Shown piece after piece: positions 34,386-44,307 of a DNA stretch of 64,000 bases. The notes beneath the pieces are model-generated. The model was not told where the DNA came from, ran no database searches, and saw nothing but the letters and a program-made list of their open reading frames with translations. Both the position numbers and the translations under genes were made by a program. The stretch's first letter is position 1; each line of letters starts with the position of its first letter. The stretch comes from an uncultured Gemmatimonadales bacterium (GTDB taxonomy: Bacteria; Gemmatimonadota; Gemmatimonadetes; Gemmatimonadales; GWC2-71-9): positions 32,001 through 96,000 of the forward strand of contig CAVYSW010000005.1 of NCBI GenBank assembly GCA_963771275.1, read 5' to 3'.

Positions 34386-35135
34386 TCAAATCCTCCGCCC
34401 CTCCGCCTCCGCCAGGCGCGCGGGCGTGCCGACGTCGATCCACTCGTGGCCCGACATGTCCACCGGCAGAATGGCGTAGCCGCGCCGCGCCAGGTCGAGG
34501 TACCAGCTGACGATCGAGAACCGGCCGGTCCGCTCGGCGAGATCGAGTACGACGGGCTCGAGCGCGTGGATCCCGGTGAACGACCAGTGGTCGAGCCGCC
34601 CGATGGGCTCGCGTACGCGGTGCGCGGCGACCACGGTCCCGTCGCTCTCGCGGTTCTCCCACCCCATCAGGCCGTCGGCGTCGAACAGCAGCTGGCGGTT
34701 GCTGTCCCGAGACTGCACCGCCACGGAGGCCACGAGCCGTCCCGCCGAGCCGCCGCGTGCCGCCCGATGCGCCGCCAGCACGCCGTCGAGCGGGATCCGC
34801 GACAGCACGTCCACGTTGTGCAGCAGGAACGGCCCGTCGCGGTGGAACAGCGGCGCCGCCGCCAGCAGCCCCCCGCCGGTGTCGTACGGCCCGCCCGGCT
34901 CCGGCGAGAGCGCGATCTCGACGCCGGGCGGCGCGTGGCGCTCGAGGAACGCGCCGATCTGCTCCGCGTGGTGGTGGGTGTTGATGACGACGCGGGTGGC
35001 GCCCGCGGCCACCAGCCGGTCCAGCACGTGGGCCAGCAGCGGGCGGCCGCGCACGACGATCAGCGCCTTCGGCATCCGGTCGGTGAGCGGGCGGAGCCGG
35101 GTGCCGGCCCCGGCCGCGAGGATCATCGCCTCCAT
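34386..35135 (-). CDS. murU: Nucleotidyltransferase, MurU-like (MurNAc-1-P uridylyltransferase)
   Basis: MEAMILAAGAGTRLRPLT..PKAL, DTGGGL, WIDVGTP. Lies directly downstream of the amgK-like gene with a TGATG overlap. Confidence 0.8.
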   Translation of the reverse strand: MEAMILAAGAGTRLRPLTDRMPKALIVVRGRPLLAHVLDRLVAAGATRVVINTHHHAEQIGAFLERHAPPGVEIALSPEPGGPYDTGGGLLAAAPLFHRDGPFLLHNVDVLSRIPLDGVLAAHRAARGGSAGRLVASVAVQSRDSNRQLLFDADGLMGWENRESDGTVVAAHRVREPIGRLDHWSFTGIHALEPVVLDLAERTGRFSIVSWYLDLARRGYAILPVDMSGHEWIDVGTPARLAEAEGRRI

Positions 35136-36560
35136 CACAGCTTCCCGTGCCGCACGCGCACGCCGACGTGCGGGTAGCGCCGCGCCAGGTGCCGGGCAAG
35201 CTTGGCCGCCAGGAACACGGACCGGTGCCGCCCGCCGGTGCAGCCGAACGACACGGTGAGGCTCGCGAACCCCCGCTCCACGTAGCGCTCCACGTGCGCG
35301 TCCACGATCCCGCTCACGTTCTCCCAGAACTCCTGCACCCCCGCCGAGCGCTCGAGGAACTCCACCACCGCGTCCGCCTCGCCGGTCAGCTCCTGGAGCT
35401 CGGGCTCCCGGTGCGGGTTCGGGAGCGCCCGGCAGTCGAACACGAAGCCTCCCCCATGCCCCTCCATGTCGGGTGGATAGCCGTCCCGGAACGAGAAGCT
35501 CTGAATCAGCACGACCAGCCCGCTGCGCGGCGCGGCCTCCGGCGTCGGGCCGGCCCAGCGATCGGCGATCCGGCGGAATACCTGCTCCAGCTCGGGCAGG
35601 GCCACCGGGAGGCCCGCGCGCCAGCAGCTGCTCCAGGTTGCGCGCCGCGTTGGGCACGCTCTCGAGGAACCGGCGCTTGCGCTCGAAGAAGCCACGGTAG
35701 CCGTAGGCGCCCATCGCCTGCATCAGCCGCACCAGCACGAAGCTCTTGAACCGCGACCGGAACTCGGCGCGATCCACCGTCACGTGCTCGCTCAGCGCGT
35801 CGAGGTAGTGCTCCAGCAGCGCGGCCCGCACCGCCGGCGGGAGGTTCGCCTTCGCGTCGTACAGCAGCGACGCGACGTCATAGTGCGGCGCGCCCTGCCG
35901 CCCACCCTGGAAGTCCAGGAACCACGGCTCCCCCGCGCGGATCATGATGTTGCGCGACTGGAAGTCGCGGTACAGGAAGTAGTCCGCGTCGGCCTCGAGC
36001 AGGTGCTCGGTGAGACGTGAGAAGTCGTCCTCGAGCCGCTGCTCGTTGAACGGCACGTGCGCCAGCTTGAGGAAATGGTACTTGAAGTAGTTCAGGTCCC
36101 AGCGGATCGACTGCCGGTCGAATGCCTGGCGGGGATAGGCGAGCCGGTAGTCGATCACCCGGTGGCCCAGCACCTGGAAGCGCGGCAGGATCGCGAGCGC
36201 CCGGCGGTACAGCTGCTCGATGTCGGCCGGGAACTCGTCCTCGCCGCACTCGACCCGGGCGGCGCTCAGCGCCGTGAACAGCGTGGTGTCACCGAGGTCC
36301 TCCTCCAGCCACACCCCGGCCTCGCGGTCCGCGGCGTAGATCTCGGGTACGGGGAGGCCGGCATCCCGGAACGCCTTCGCGAAGGCCAGGAAGGCGCGGT
36401 TCTCGTCGCGGTCCGGCCCGATGGCGCCGACGACCGTCAGCTCGGTGCCCCACACCAGGCGGAAGTACTGCCGCGTCGAGCCGTCCGCCGCCAGGTCGAG
36501 AATCACGTCCGGCCGGTGGCCGTAGCGCTCCTCGAACAACCCGATGAGTCGTTCTTTCAT
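35135..36560 (-). pseudogene. amgK: AmgK-like amino-sugar phosphotransferase with C-terminal RapZ-like domain, +1 frameshift at about 35613-35615
   Basis: DGSTRQYFR, LEEDLGD, YRDFQSRNIM, LDFQG in one frame. SFSFRDG..GGFVFDCRALPNP...FGCTGGRHRSV (RapZ C-terminal) in another. Removing one G from GGG joins them. Confidence 0.8.
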
Positions 36561-36611
36561 GCCGGTTGCTCCGCCGTGGGCTGGCCCCAGCACCCGTTGG
36601 GTCGCGATTCG

Positions 36612-37805
36612 CTAGACGGCCACCGCGCCGCGCAGCGCGTCGAGAATCACGTCCCGCGCCCGTGACGGGGCGCCGCCCTGGGCCTGATCGGCCGTGCCGC
36701 CGCCGCGGCCGCCCAGCGCGCCCGCCGCGTGCTGCAGGATCGCCGCCGCACTGAGATCGGGCAGATCCGCGCCGCGCGCGCACACCAGGCGCACGCCCTT
36801 GACGTCGCTCACCGCCAGCAGCGCGAGCGTGCGCGGCCGGGTGATGGCGTGCGACGCGATGGCGCGGGCCTGCTCGAACGAATGGCCCTCGAGGTGCGCC
36901 ACGAGGCGTCGCGCGCCGCCCTGCTCGGGCGTCTCCTGCCAGAGCCGCTGCGCCACCGCCGCCATCAGCGCATCGTCCGCGGCGTGCAACGCCCGCCGCG
37001 TCTCCTTGAGCTCGCCGTGGAGCCGGGCGACCGCGTCACCGACCTCGTTCGGGTGCACCGAGAGGTCGGCGCTCACCGCCTGTACGGCGCGCAGCACGCG
37101 CTGGTAGTCCGCGAGCGCCCGCGCGCCGCACAGGAAGGCGACGCGCATCCCGCCCTTGTAGCGCTCCAGGCGCACGATCTTCAGGATGCCGACGGCACCG
37201 GTGCGGGGCACGTGGGTGCCGCCGCAGGCCACGGCGTCGTAGTCGCGGATCCAGATCACCCGGATCGCGCCGCTCACCTTGGGCGGGCGCCGCAACGGCA
37301 CCGTGTGGATGGTCCGCTCGTCCACGACATGGACCTCGACCGGCCGGTCCTCGCAGATCACCCGGTTGACGTCCGCCTCGACCCGGAACGCGTCGTCCCA
37401 GCTCAACGCCGGCGTCGCGAGATCGATGTGGCTCGTCTCCGTCCCCAGGTGGAAGCTGATCGTTGGCGCGTCGAGCAGGCGCACGCAGGCCGCGGACAAC
37501 AGGTGCTGCCCGGAGTGCTGCTGCATATGATCGAAGCGGCGCTCCCAGTCGATCGCGCCGCGCACGGCATCACCCGCCGCCGGCCGCTCGAGCAGGTGCC
37601 ACACCGCGCCGGCCTCGTCGTCCCACACGTCGAGCACGCGCACACCGTCGAGCGAGCCGGTGTCGTGCGGCTGGCCGCCGGAGGTGGGGTAGAACGCCGT
37701 GCGGTCCAGCCGGACGGCGGGGCCGCGGTCCGTCGCCCGGTGGGCGACGACCCGTGCCGTGAACTCGCGCAGCATCGCGTCGGAGTAGTAGAGGCGCTCC
37801 GTCAT
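36612..37805 (-). CDS. alaX: Alanyl-tRNA editing protein (AlaX type with DHHA1 domain)
   Basis: FYPTSGGQPHD, HMQQHSGQH, CGGTH zinc motifs, and C-terminal GGRGGG..AQGG. Confidence 0.88.
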   Translation of the reverse strand: MTERLYYSDAMLREFTARVVAHRATDRGPAVRLDRTAFYPTSGGQPHDTGSLDGVRVLDVWDDEAGAVWHLLERPAAGDAVRGAIDWERRFDHMQQHSGQHLLSAACVRLLDAPTISFHLGTETSHIDLATPALSWDDAFRVEADVNRVICEDRPVEVHVVDERTIHTVPLRRPPKVSGAIRVIWIRDYDAVACGGTHVPRTGAVGILKIVRLERYKGGMRVAFLCGARALADYQRVLRAVQAVSADLSVHPNEVGDAVARLHGELKETRRALHAADDALMAAVAQRLWQETPEQGGARRLVAHLEGHSFEQARAIASHAITRPRTLALLAVSDVKGVRLVCARGADLPDLSAAAILQHAAGALGGRGGGTADQAQGGAPSRARDVILDALRGAVAV

Positions 37806-37821
37806 CCCATCGGCGGCGCCC

Positions 37822-38763
37822 TCACGCCGGCGCCTTGACGGCGACCTGCTCGGCGAGCGCCAGCCCCTGGCGCAGGATCTCCGCCGCGGCCGCGGGCTTG
37901 GTGTGGTAGCCGGACTTCTTGGTCGTGCGCTGGCGGATCACCAGCACGTCGACTTCCTGCTCGGTGTTGAATTCCTTGACGATGTTCTTGGGCGGATCGT
38001 ACTCGCGGTACACCGCTCCCAGCCCGAACCCCTGCTGCGTCACCAGCACGACGTAGAAGTAGGGATACGACGTGCCCTGGACCTCGTTGATCACGACCTG
38101 GCCGTACAGGCCGAGGAAGCCCTCGTCCCGGTCCGTGAGGTCGACCCGGAACTTCACGTCCTCGGGGATCCGGCCCTCCCCGCCCGGCAGGAGCATCAGC
38201 AGCCGCACCGTGTGCCGTCGGAGCGCCTCGCTCGCGGACGCGAGCACCAGGCGGGTGGCCTCGATCTGCACCTCCAGCTTGGGGCGCACGAGGATCGAGC
38301 GCGTGCCGGTGACCCAGTGCGGCCCCAGCAGCGCCGCCGCGTCGATCGCGAGGAGCCGCGGGACGCCCGGCGTCATCCCGATCGCCGCGACGATCGGCAC
38401 CGCCACGAGCAGCAGCACGATCAGGCCGAGCGGGTTGGTCACGTCGAGCGCGCTGCGATCCCAGCGGCGCATCCGGCGGTGCAGCGCCTCGAGCTCGTCC
38501 AGCTTCTCCATGCCCACCGGCTGCCACGCGCGGTGCGGATCGAACTTGCTGAGCGCCACGCGGTTGTCGTAGCCCCTGACCAGGAGCAGGAGGTTGCCGG
38601 CCACCAGCGGCACCAGCCCCGGCATCAGGGTGCCGGTGACGCCCTGGATCAGGCAGCCCGCCGCGATCAGCGCGAAGCTCGCGCCCAGCCGCACGCCGTA
38701 GGCGAGTCCCGGCAGGACCCAGAACACCACGATGCCGCGATCTGTGGGGCGGGGGAGGATCAT
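37822..38763 (-). CDS. Uncharacterised membrane protein (third gene of the radical SAM cassette)
   Basis: Two pairs of hydrophobic segments and a soluble C-terminal domain. Its ATG overlaps the rSAM stop (ATGA). Confidence 0.75.
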   Translation of the reverse strand: MILPRPTDRGIVVFWVLPGLAYGVRLGASFALIAAGCLIQGVTGTLMPGLVPLVAGNLLLLVRGYDNRVALSKFDPHRAWQPVGMEKLDELEALHRRMRRWDRSALDVTNPLGLIVLLLVAVPIVAAIGMTPGVPRLLAIDAAALLGPHWVTGTRSILVRPKLEVQIEATRLVLASASEALRRHTVRLLMLLPGGEGRIPEDVKFRVDLTDRDEGFLGLYGQVVINEVQGTSYPYFYVVLVTQQGFGLGAVYREYDPPKNIVKEFNTEQEVDVLVIRQRTTKKSGYHTKPAAAAEILRQGLALAEQVAVKAPA

Positions 38764-40112
38764 TGCGCGAAATGCTCCGCCGGCACCGGCGCGAAGCCGT
38801 TCCGGCCGTTCAGCTCGTCGAAGCCCATCTGCCGCCAGTACAGCGGGCAAGCGCCGTTGCAGATCGCGAAGTCGGCGCAGCCGCGGCAGGCGGGGTGCGC
38901 CAGGAACTTGGCGCGGAACTGCACGGCGCGGCGCGACATCCAGACGTCCCGGACGTTCTGCGCCAGCACGTTCCCGACCGGCTCGTCGTACGACGCGCAG
39001 GGCAGCACGTCGCCGTTCGCCCCGACCGACAGCAGGCCGTCGCACGCGCTGCAGCCCTTGTTGCCCAGGCCGTGCGCCACCGGATTGAACAGACACATCG
39101 GCGTGGGGGAGTACCACAGGAACTCGACGCCGTGGCGCCGGCTCTCCGCCGCGATCGCGAGCAGGTGCGGGCCGATCTCGCTGTAGCGCACCGCGAGCCG
39201 CAGGTGCAGCGCGCCGCTCCCGGCGGGCACCATCAGGTTCATGCTGAACTTGGTGGTACCGAGCTCGGTCTTCACGAACCCCGGCATCAGCGCGCACTCG
39301 GCGAGATTGTCGCGGTTGATGGTGGTGTTGGTGTGGACGTGCACGCCGGCCGCCTTGAGGTGGTGGACGGCGGCCACGGTGCGGCCGAACGAGCGCGGGA
39401 TCGTGGTCACCCGCTCGTGCACCGATGCGGTGACGCCCTCGAGGCTCACCTGCGCGGAATCGAGCCCCGCCGCCGCGAGCGTGCCGGCCAACGCCGCGGA
39501 CATCCGGGTGCCGTTGGTGATCAGGTTCACCCGCATGCCGAGTGCCTTGGCGTGGGCCACCAGCGCGGGCAGGTCCCGCCGCAGCGTCGGCTCGCCCCCG
39601 GTGAAGCTCACCGACGGGACCTCGACGTCCTGGTACAGCGCGCGCAGCACCTCCTTCACCTCGGCGGTGGTCATCTCGCGGTCGTCACCCACGGGGTTCG
39701 TGGTGCAGTTGCAGCCCGCGTAGCAGAACGTGCAGCGCAGGTTGCACCGGTAGGTGATGGCCACCTCCGAGAGAATCGGCAGCGTGGCGAACGGCAGCGC
39801 GAACGGCTGGACCTCGACGGCGCGCGTGCGCGTCGTCTCGTCCAGCGTGCCTTCGAGGAATCGCTTCACCGCGAGCAGGAAGCGCTCGATGTCGCCCGCC
39901 TTCTCCGGGTCCCGGCCGATCGCGTCGAGCACGTCGTCGATGCGCTTGCCGTCCAGCAGGTCCTTGAGCAGGGCCACCCCCTGCGGGTTCAGCTTCTGCG
40001 CCAGGTTGGGCCGCTTGATGATCAGGTTGTCGGCCGCGCGCACGAACACGTAGGGCCGGATCCGTGCCACGAACTCGTCGATCCAGGAGAGGTCGGGCGG
40101 GGCGGCGGGCAT
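38760..40112 (-). CDS. Radical SAM/SPASM domain protein with putative N-terminal RRE (PqqD-like) segment
   Basis: CNLRCTFC (CX3CX2C), FTGGEPTL, LITNGT. SPASM cysteines GCSAC...VLPC...CRGC..FAICNGAC. N-terminal QKLNPQGVALLKDLLDG. TGATG overlap with the upstream gene. Confidence 0.9.
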   Translation of the reverse strand: MPAAPPDLSWIDEFVARIRPYVFVRAADNLIIKRPNLAQKLNPQGVALLKDLLDGKRIDDVLDAIGRDPEKAGDIERFLLAVKRFLEGTLDETTRTRAVEVQPFALPFATLPILSEVAITYRCNLRCTFCYAGCNCTTNPVGDDREMTTAEVKEVLRALYQDVEVPSVSFTGGEPTLRRDLPALVAHAKALGMRVNLITNGTRMSAALAGTLAAAGLDSAQVSLEGVTASVHERVTTIPRSFGRTVAAVHHLKAAGVHVHTNTTINRDNLAECALMPGFVKTELGTTKFSMNLMVPAGSGALHLRLAVRYSEIGPHLLAIAAESRRHGVEFLWYSPTPMCLFNPVAHGLGNKGCSACDGLLSVGANGDVLPCASYDEPVGNVLAQNVRDVWMSRRAVQFRAKFLAHPACRGCADFAICNGACPLYWRQMGFDELNGRNGFAPVPAEHFAQ

Positions 40113-41713
40113 CAGTGGGAGCCCCCGCTGACGCACGCGGAGTGGCAGGCCGAATGGCACGCCGAGTGACAGGCGGAGTGGCACGCGGAATGGCACGCCG
40201 AGTGGCAGGCGTCGTGGCACGCGTTGATGTCGGTCACGAGGTCGGTGTCGATTGGGCCCGAGACCAGGTGATCCGCGGCGACGGGCATGGCGGTCTCGTA
40301 GCGGAACGGATTGCGGTCGTCGCGAAGGGCGGGCGTGTAGTACGGATGGCTGCGGTAGTACCACCAGTACCATCCGTCGTCCGTCTGCCGCCGGTCGGGC
40401 TCCGTGTTCCGCGCCGCCAGGTCCTGATAGTAGGCCTTGGTGGCCTCCACGTCGCAGTCCCACGCCTTGGCGCGGATCGTCTCGACGGCCCGGTGCATCA
40501 GGGTCTCGAGCTCCTCCTGCGAGAACTGGCCGTCGTCCGCCAGCGCCTCGAAGAACAGCCGCTCGTGCTCGCTCAGCTGCGCCGTGTCGGGCCGCTGCAC
40601 CACCCGGATGCGCAGCGGGTCCGGGGACGTGACCGCGAGGTAACCCTGTGCCACCATCGCGTCGAGCAGCGCGCTGAGGATGCGCTTGAACGGAATGCCG
40701 AGATAGAACGCGGCCTCGAGCGGCGTGAGGTCCTTGCAGATCTTGCCGGGCTTCCGGAACGTCGAGAGCACCAGCTTGGGCGGCGTCCAGTCGAGCGCGT
40801 CCCAGCGGATCGCGTCGAGCCCTGCGTGCGCCGCGACCATCGAGCGCTGCTTGCCGGCGATCACGAGGAAGAACACCGCGAGCAGCGCCACGATCCCGCC
40901 GCCCAGGAGCAGCTCGGCCTCGACCTGGTGGCTCAGCCCCGTGATGGTCTTGCCGGCCGTTCCGGCCACCCCTGCCGCTCCTGCCGCTCCTGCCGCTCCC
41001 GTCGTCGTCGCTCCCGTGAACCACTCGGCGGGCAGATAGAACTGGGTCCGCATGTCGAACCGGTTCCCCGGGCGCTCGCGGTGGAACACCAGCCGCAGGC
41101 GGTCGGCTTCGCCGCGCTGGTAGTCGATGCGGAACTTGTCGTTTACCCACGGCTCGGTCAGCACCAGGCGGCCGGCCTCGACGTACTGCCGTGGATCGAC
41201 GCCAGGCGGGAGCACGTGCGGCGTCAGGACGTTGAGCGTGTAGTGATCCTGGTTCGCCGCCTCGTCCCATGCCACGGGCGACCAGTTGAAGAACGTGAGC
41301 GCGCGCCCGTCGGGCGCGGTGGTGGGCCCCACGTACCCCGCCGCGGCGAAATCGGTGCGGAAGGCGAAGAAGAACGTCACCGTCCCCGAGCGGACACCTT
41401 GCCCGCCCGCCAGCACGACGTCCCACCGCCCGCGCGACACGGGGGTGATGGAGAGCCCGTAGCGCCGGCCGGCGCCGTCGAGCGCGTACGCCGCGTCGAC
41501 CGCCATCCCCACGCGCAGCCGGTCGTTGCCCTCGAAGTAGAACCCGTGCAGCTCGCCGCGCAGCACCCGCCACTGGACCACGTACTGCACGACGGCGGCG
41601 CCGTCCTGCCGCAGGTCCACGCTGGTCTCGACGAAGCCGATCTCGCCCGGACCGCCCTGCGCGGGCGGGAGGAGCAGCGCCGCGGCGCAGAGCGCCGCGC
41701 GCGTCGGTCGCAT
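40112..41713 (-). CDS. Single-pass membrane protein (DUF2207-like N-domain) with C-terminal (ACHS)n Cys/His repeat tail
   Basis: Signal peptide, VDLRQDGAAVVQYVVQW N-domain, Gly/Ala linker, TM helix, soluble domain, WYWWYY, then ACHD(ACHS)6ACVSGGSH. Confidence 0.85.
   Translation of the reverse strand: MRPTRAALCAAALLLPPAQGGPGEIGFVETSVDLRQDGAAVVQYVVQWRVLRGELHGFYFEGNDRLRVGMAVDAAYALDGAGRRYGLSITPVSRGRWDVVLAGGQGVRSGTVTFFFAFRTDFAAAGYVGPTTAPDGRALTFFNWSPVAWDEAANQDHYTLNVLTPHVLPPGVDPRQYVEAGRLVLTEPWVNDKFRIDYQRGEADRLRLVFHRERPGNRFDMRTQFYLPAEWFTGATTTGAAGAAGAAGVAGTAGKTITGLSHQVEAELLLGGGIVALLAVFFLVIAGKQRSMVAAHAGLDAIRWDALDWTPPKLVLSTFRKPGKICKDLTPLEAAFYLGIPFKRILSALLDAMVAQGYLAVTSPDPLRIRVVQRPDTAQLSEHERLFFEALADDGQFSQEELETLMHRAVETIRAKAWDCDVEATKAYYQDLAARNTEPDRRQTDDGWYWWYYRSHPYYTPALRDDRNPFRYETAMPVAADHLVSGPIDTDLVTDINACHDACHSACHSACHSACHSACHSACHSACVSGGSH
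40127..40222 (-). repeat. 12-bp coding tandem repeat, 8 units encoding A-C-H/V-S/D
   Basis: gcn tgy cay tcn units with synonymous variation between copies. Confidence 0.92.
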
Positions 41714-41717
41714 GGCG

Positions 41718-43847
41718 CTACCCCGCGACCTTCCCGAACGGCATCCGGCGCAGGCGCTTGCCCGTGGCGGCGAACACCGCGTTGGACAGGGCCGGCGCGA
41801 GCGGCGGAATCGGCGGCTCGCCCACGCCCCCGATCGGATCGCCGCCGTTGATGATGTGCACGTTCACCAGCGGTGCCTCGTCGATCGTGGCCAGCGGATA
41901 GCTCGTGAACGTGTGCTGCTCGACCTGTCCGTTCGCCACCGTGATCTGGCTGTAGACCGCGCCGGTGAGCGCCAGCACGACGCCGCCCTCGATCTGCTGC
42001 CGCACCCCGTCCGGGTACACCGCGAGCCCGGAGTCGATGGCGCTCTCGACACGATGGACCCGGATCTTGCCGGAGGCATCCACCGACGCTTCGACCGCGT
42101 GCGCCAGTCGCCCGCCGAAGCAGTACGTGACCGCCAGACCGAGCCCGTGACCGGCAGGGAGCGTTCGCCCCCAGCCGATCGCCTCGGCGACCGTCTCGAG
42201 CAGGGCCCGCTGCCGGAGGTCGCTGCCGTCGAGCAGCTCGAGCCGCAATGCCAGCGGATCCCGCTTCAGCTCGTGCGCGATCTCGTCGAGAAACGCTTCG
42301 GTGGCGAAGCAGTTCTGCTGCGCGTACACCGAGCGGAACGCGGCGCAGCTGAGCGGTGTGTTCGACATCTTCCACTCGATCAGGGCGGCGGGCCACTTGT
42401 AGGCCAGGCCCATTGCCCCGGACAGTGCGCTGCGGTCCACCTGGGTCCGCCCGCGCTCGGGGTTGGCGGCGAACCCGTTCGAATGGGCGATCACGCGGTG
42501 GCGCCAGCCGATCCACGTTCCTGCCGCGTCGAACGCCGCCTCCATCTGATGGCGGCTGATCGGCCGGTAGCGGCCGTGCGTGGTGTCTTCGTCCCGGGTC
42601 CACATGATCTGGACCGGGCCGCCGATCGCCCGGGAGACCTCGGCCGCATCGGCCGCCCAGTCGTTGTCCAGCCGCCGGCCGAATCCGCCGCCGCTGTAGA
42701 GTGTGTGCAGCCGGACGTTCGCCACCGGAACCCCGAGCGCCTGGGCCGCCATGGCCTGGGCACCCTGCGGCGCCTGCGTCGGCACCCAGACATCCGCCAT
42801 GTCGCCCTTCACATCGGCGGTGGCGTTGATCGGCTCCAGCGGCGAGTGGGACAGGAAGGGGCACTCGTAGACCGCGGTGATCGTCTTCGCGGCGGTCGCG
42901 AACACCTGCCGCGCGTTGTTGGTCTCCTCGGCCACGATCGGCTCGGCCTGACCGTCCCGCTCGAGCTGGGCCGCGATCCCGGCGCTCGAGAGATCGGCGT
43001 GCGGGCCCGGGTCCCAGTCGATCTTCAGCCGGCTCATGCCCTTCAGCGCGGCCCACGTGTGGTCGGCAACTACGGCTACGCCCGCCGTGATCTTCACGAC
43101 CTGCCGCACGCCGCGCACCTGCGTGGTTGCCGTGTCGTCCCACCCTCGCAGGCTTCCGCCGATCGTCGGTGGGCGCCTGACGACCGCGAACTTCATCCCC
43201 GGTAGACGGAAGTCGAGGCCGTAGACCGCGCTCCCGTCCGTCTTCTCGGGAATGTCCACCCGGGACTGCTCCGTGCCGATGTACCGGAACTGGCTCGGCT
43301 CCTTGCGGTTCGGCCGGGCGGGAACCGGCTGGCGTGCGGCGTCGTCGGTGAGCTCGCCGTAGCCAAACGATCGGCCCGTCGGCTGGTGGAGCACCCTGCC
43401 GAGTTGCGCCGTGCAGGCGGCGGCGGGAACGCCCCACCGTTCGGCGGCGGCGGCGACCAGCATCTCGCGCGCGGCGGCGGCGGCATCACCGAGCGGCCCG
43501 AAGAACAGCCGGATGCTGGTGGACCCGCCCGCCGTCATGCTGCCCCAGACCTCCCGCGGGCCGGCGAGCGCCATCCGGATTTCGATGGCATCCCACGGCA
43601 CCTCGAGCTCGTCGGCCACGATCATCTTGAGACCGGTGCGGGAGCCCTGTCCCATCTCGGGACGAGGCGTATACCATACGACGCGGCCCTCGGGCGTGAC
43701 CGTGATGAAGACGTTCGGCTTGAACTCGCCGGATCCTCCGGCCGACGCGGTGGGGAAGGGCACGTGGACGCCCAGGATCAGCGCGCCCGTGGCGCCGGCT
43801 GCGACCTCGAGGAAGTCGCGGCGGTCGATCTTGAAGACCTCAGTCAT
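41718..43847 (-). CDS. iorB: Xanthine dehydrogenase family molybdopterin-binding subunit (isoquinoline 1-oxidoreductase beta-like)
   Basis: RRDFL Tat-like N-terminus, [33 protein letters not shown]. Confidence 0.88.
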   Translation of the reverse strand: MTEVFKIDRRDFLEVAAGATGALILGVHVPFPTASAGGSGEFKPNVFITVTPEGRVVWYTPRPEMGQGSRTGLKMIVADELEVPWDAIEIRMALAGPREVWGSMTAGGSTSIRLFFGPLGDAAAAAREMLVAAAAERWGVPAAACTAQLGRVLHQPTGRSFGYGELTDDAARQPVPARPNRKEPSQFRYIGTEQSRVDIPEKTDGSAVYGLDFRLPGMKFAVVRRPPTIGGSLRGWDDTATTQVRGVRQVVKITAGVAVVADHTWAALKGMSRLKIDWDPGPHADLSSAGIAAQLERDGQAEPIVAEETNNARQVFATAAKTITAVYECPFLSHSPLEPINATADVKGDMADVWVPTQAPQGAQAMAAQALGVPVANVRLHTLYSGGGFGRRLDNDWAADAAEVSRAIGGPVQIMWTRDEDTTHGRYRPISRHQMEAAFDAAGTWIGWRHRVIAHSNGFAANPERGRTQVDRSALSGAMGLAYKWPAALIEWKMSNTPLSCAAFRSVYAQQNCFATEAFLDEIAHELKRDPLALRLELLDGSDLRQRALLETVAEAIGWGRTLPAGHGLGLAVTYCFGGRLAHAVEASVDASGKIRVHRVESAIDSGLAVYPDGVRQQIEGGVVLALTGAVYSQITVANGQVEQHTFTSYPLATIDEAPLVNVHIINGGDPIGGVGEPPIPPLAPALSNAVFAATGKRLRRMPFGKVAG

Positions 43848-44307
43848 GGTGCACCTCCGCCGCCGCGCGGTGGATCGCCTTGCGGATCCGCTGGTACGTC
43901 CCACACCGGCAGAGCAGGGTGGACATCGCTGCGTCGATGTCGGCGTCGGTCGGCTGCGGGGTCCTGTGCAGCAGGTCCACGGCCGCGAGTATCTGGCCGG
44001 AGTGGCACCAGCCGCACTGCGGCACCTGCTCCGCGATCCAGGCGCGCTGCACCGGATGGCTGCGGTCGTTCGACAGCCCTTCGATCGTCTGAATCACCGC
44101 GCCGTTCGCGGCGCTGATCTGCAGCAGGCAGGAGCGCACCAGGGAACCGTTGACGAACACCGAACACGCGCCGCACTCGCCGACTCCGCAGCCGTATTTC
44201 GTGCCGGTGAGGCCGACCGTGTCCCGGAGCACCCAGAGCAAGGGGGTGTCCGCGTCCACGTCGACGGCATGCTTCCGCTCATTGACCGTGATCGTGTAGG
44301 AAGCCAT
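43840..44307 (-). CDS. iorA: (2Fe-2S)-binding subunit (isoquinoline 1-oxidoreductase alpha-like)
   Basis: [32 protein letters not shown]. Confidence 0.92.
   Translation of the reverse strand: MASYTITVNERKHAVDVDADTPLLWVLRDTVGLTGTKYGCGVGECGACSVFVNGSLVRSCLLQISAANGAVIQTIEGLSNDRSHPVQRAWIAEQVPQCGWCHSGQILAAVDLLHRTPQPTDADIDAAMSTLLCRCGTYQRIRKAIHRAAAEVHHD

Noticed and set aside
40112..40222. Multiheme cytochrome c motifs or the His-Xaa-Ser (HxsA) system
   Set aside because: The spacing is CX3CH rather than CX2CH and the tail is predicted cytoplasmic. The repeat period is 4 (ACHS), not the 3-residue HxS repeat.
38760..41573. 937-aa ORF as one large radical SAM protein
   Set aside because: The part upstream of 40112 is an alternative frame of the ACHS-tail gene. 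The real start is the coupled ATG at 40112.
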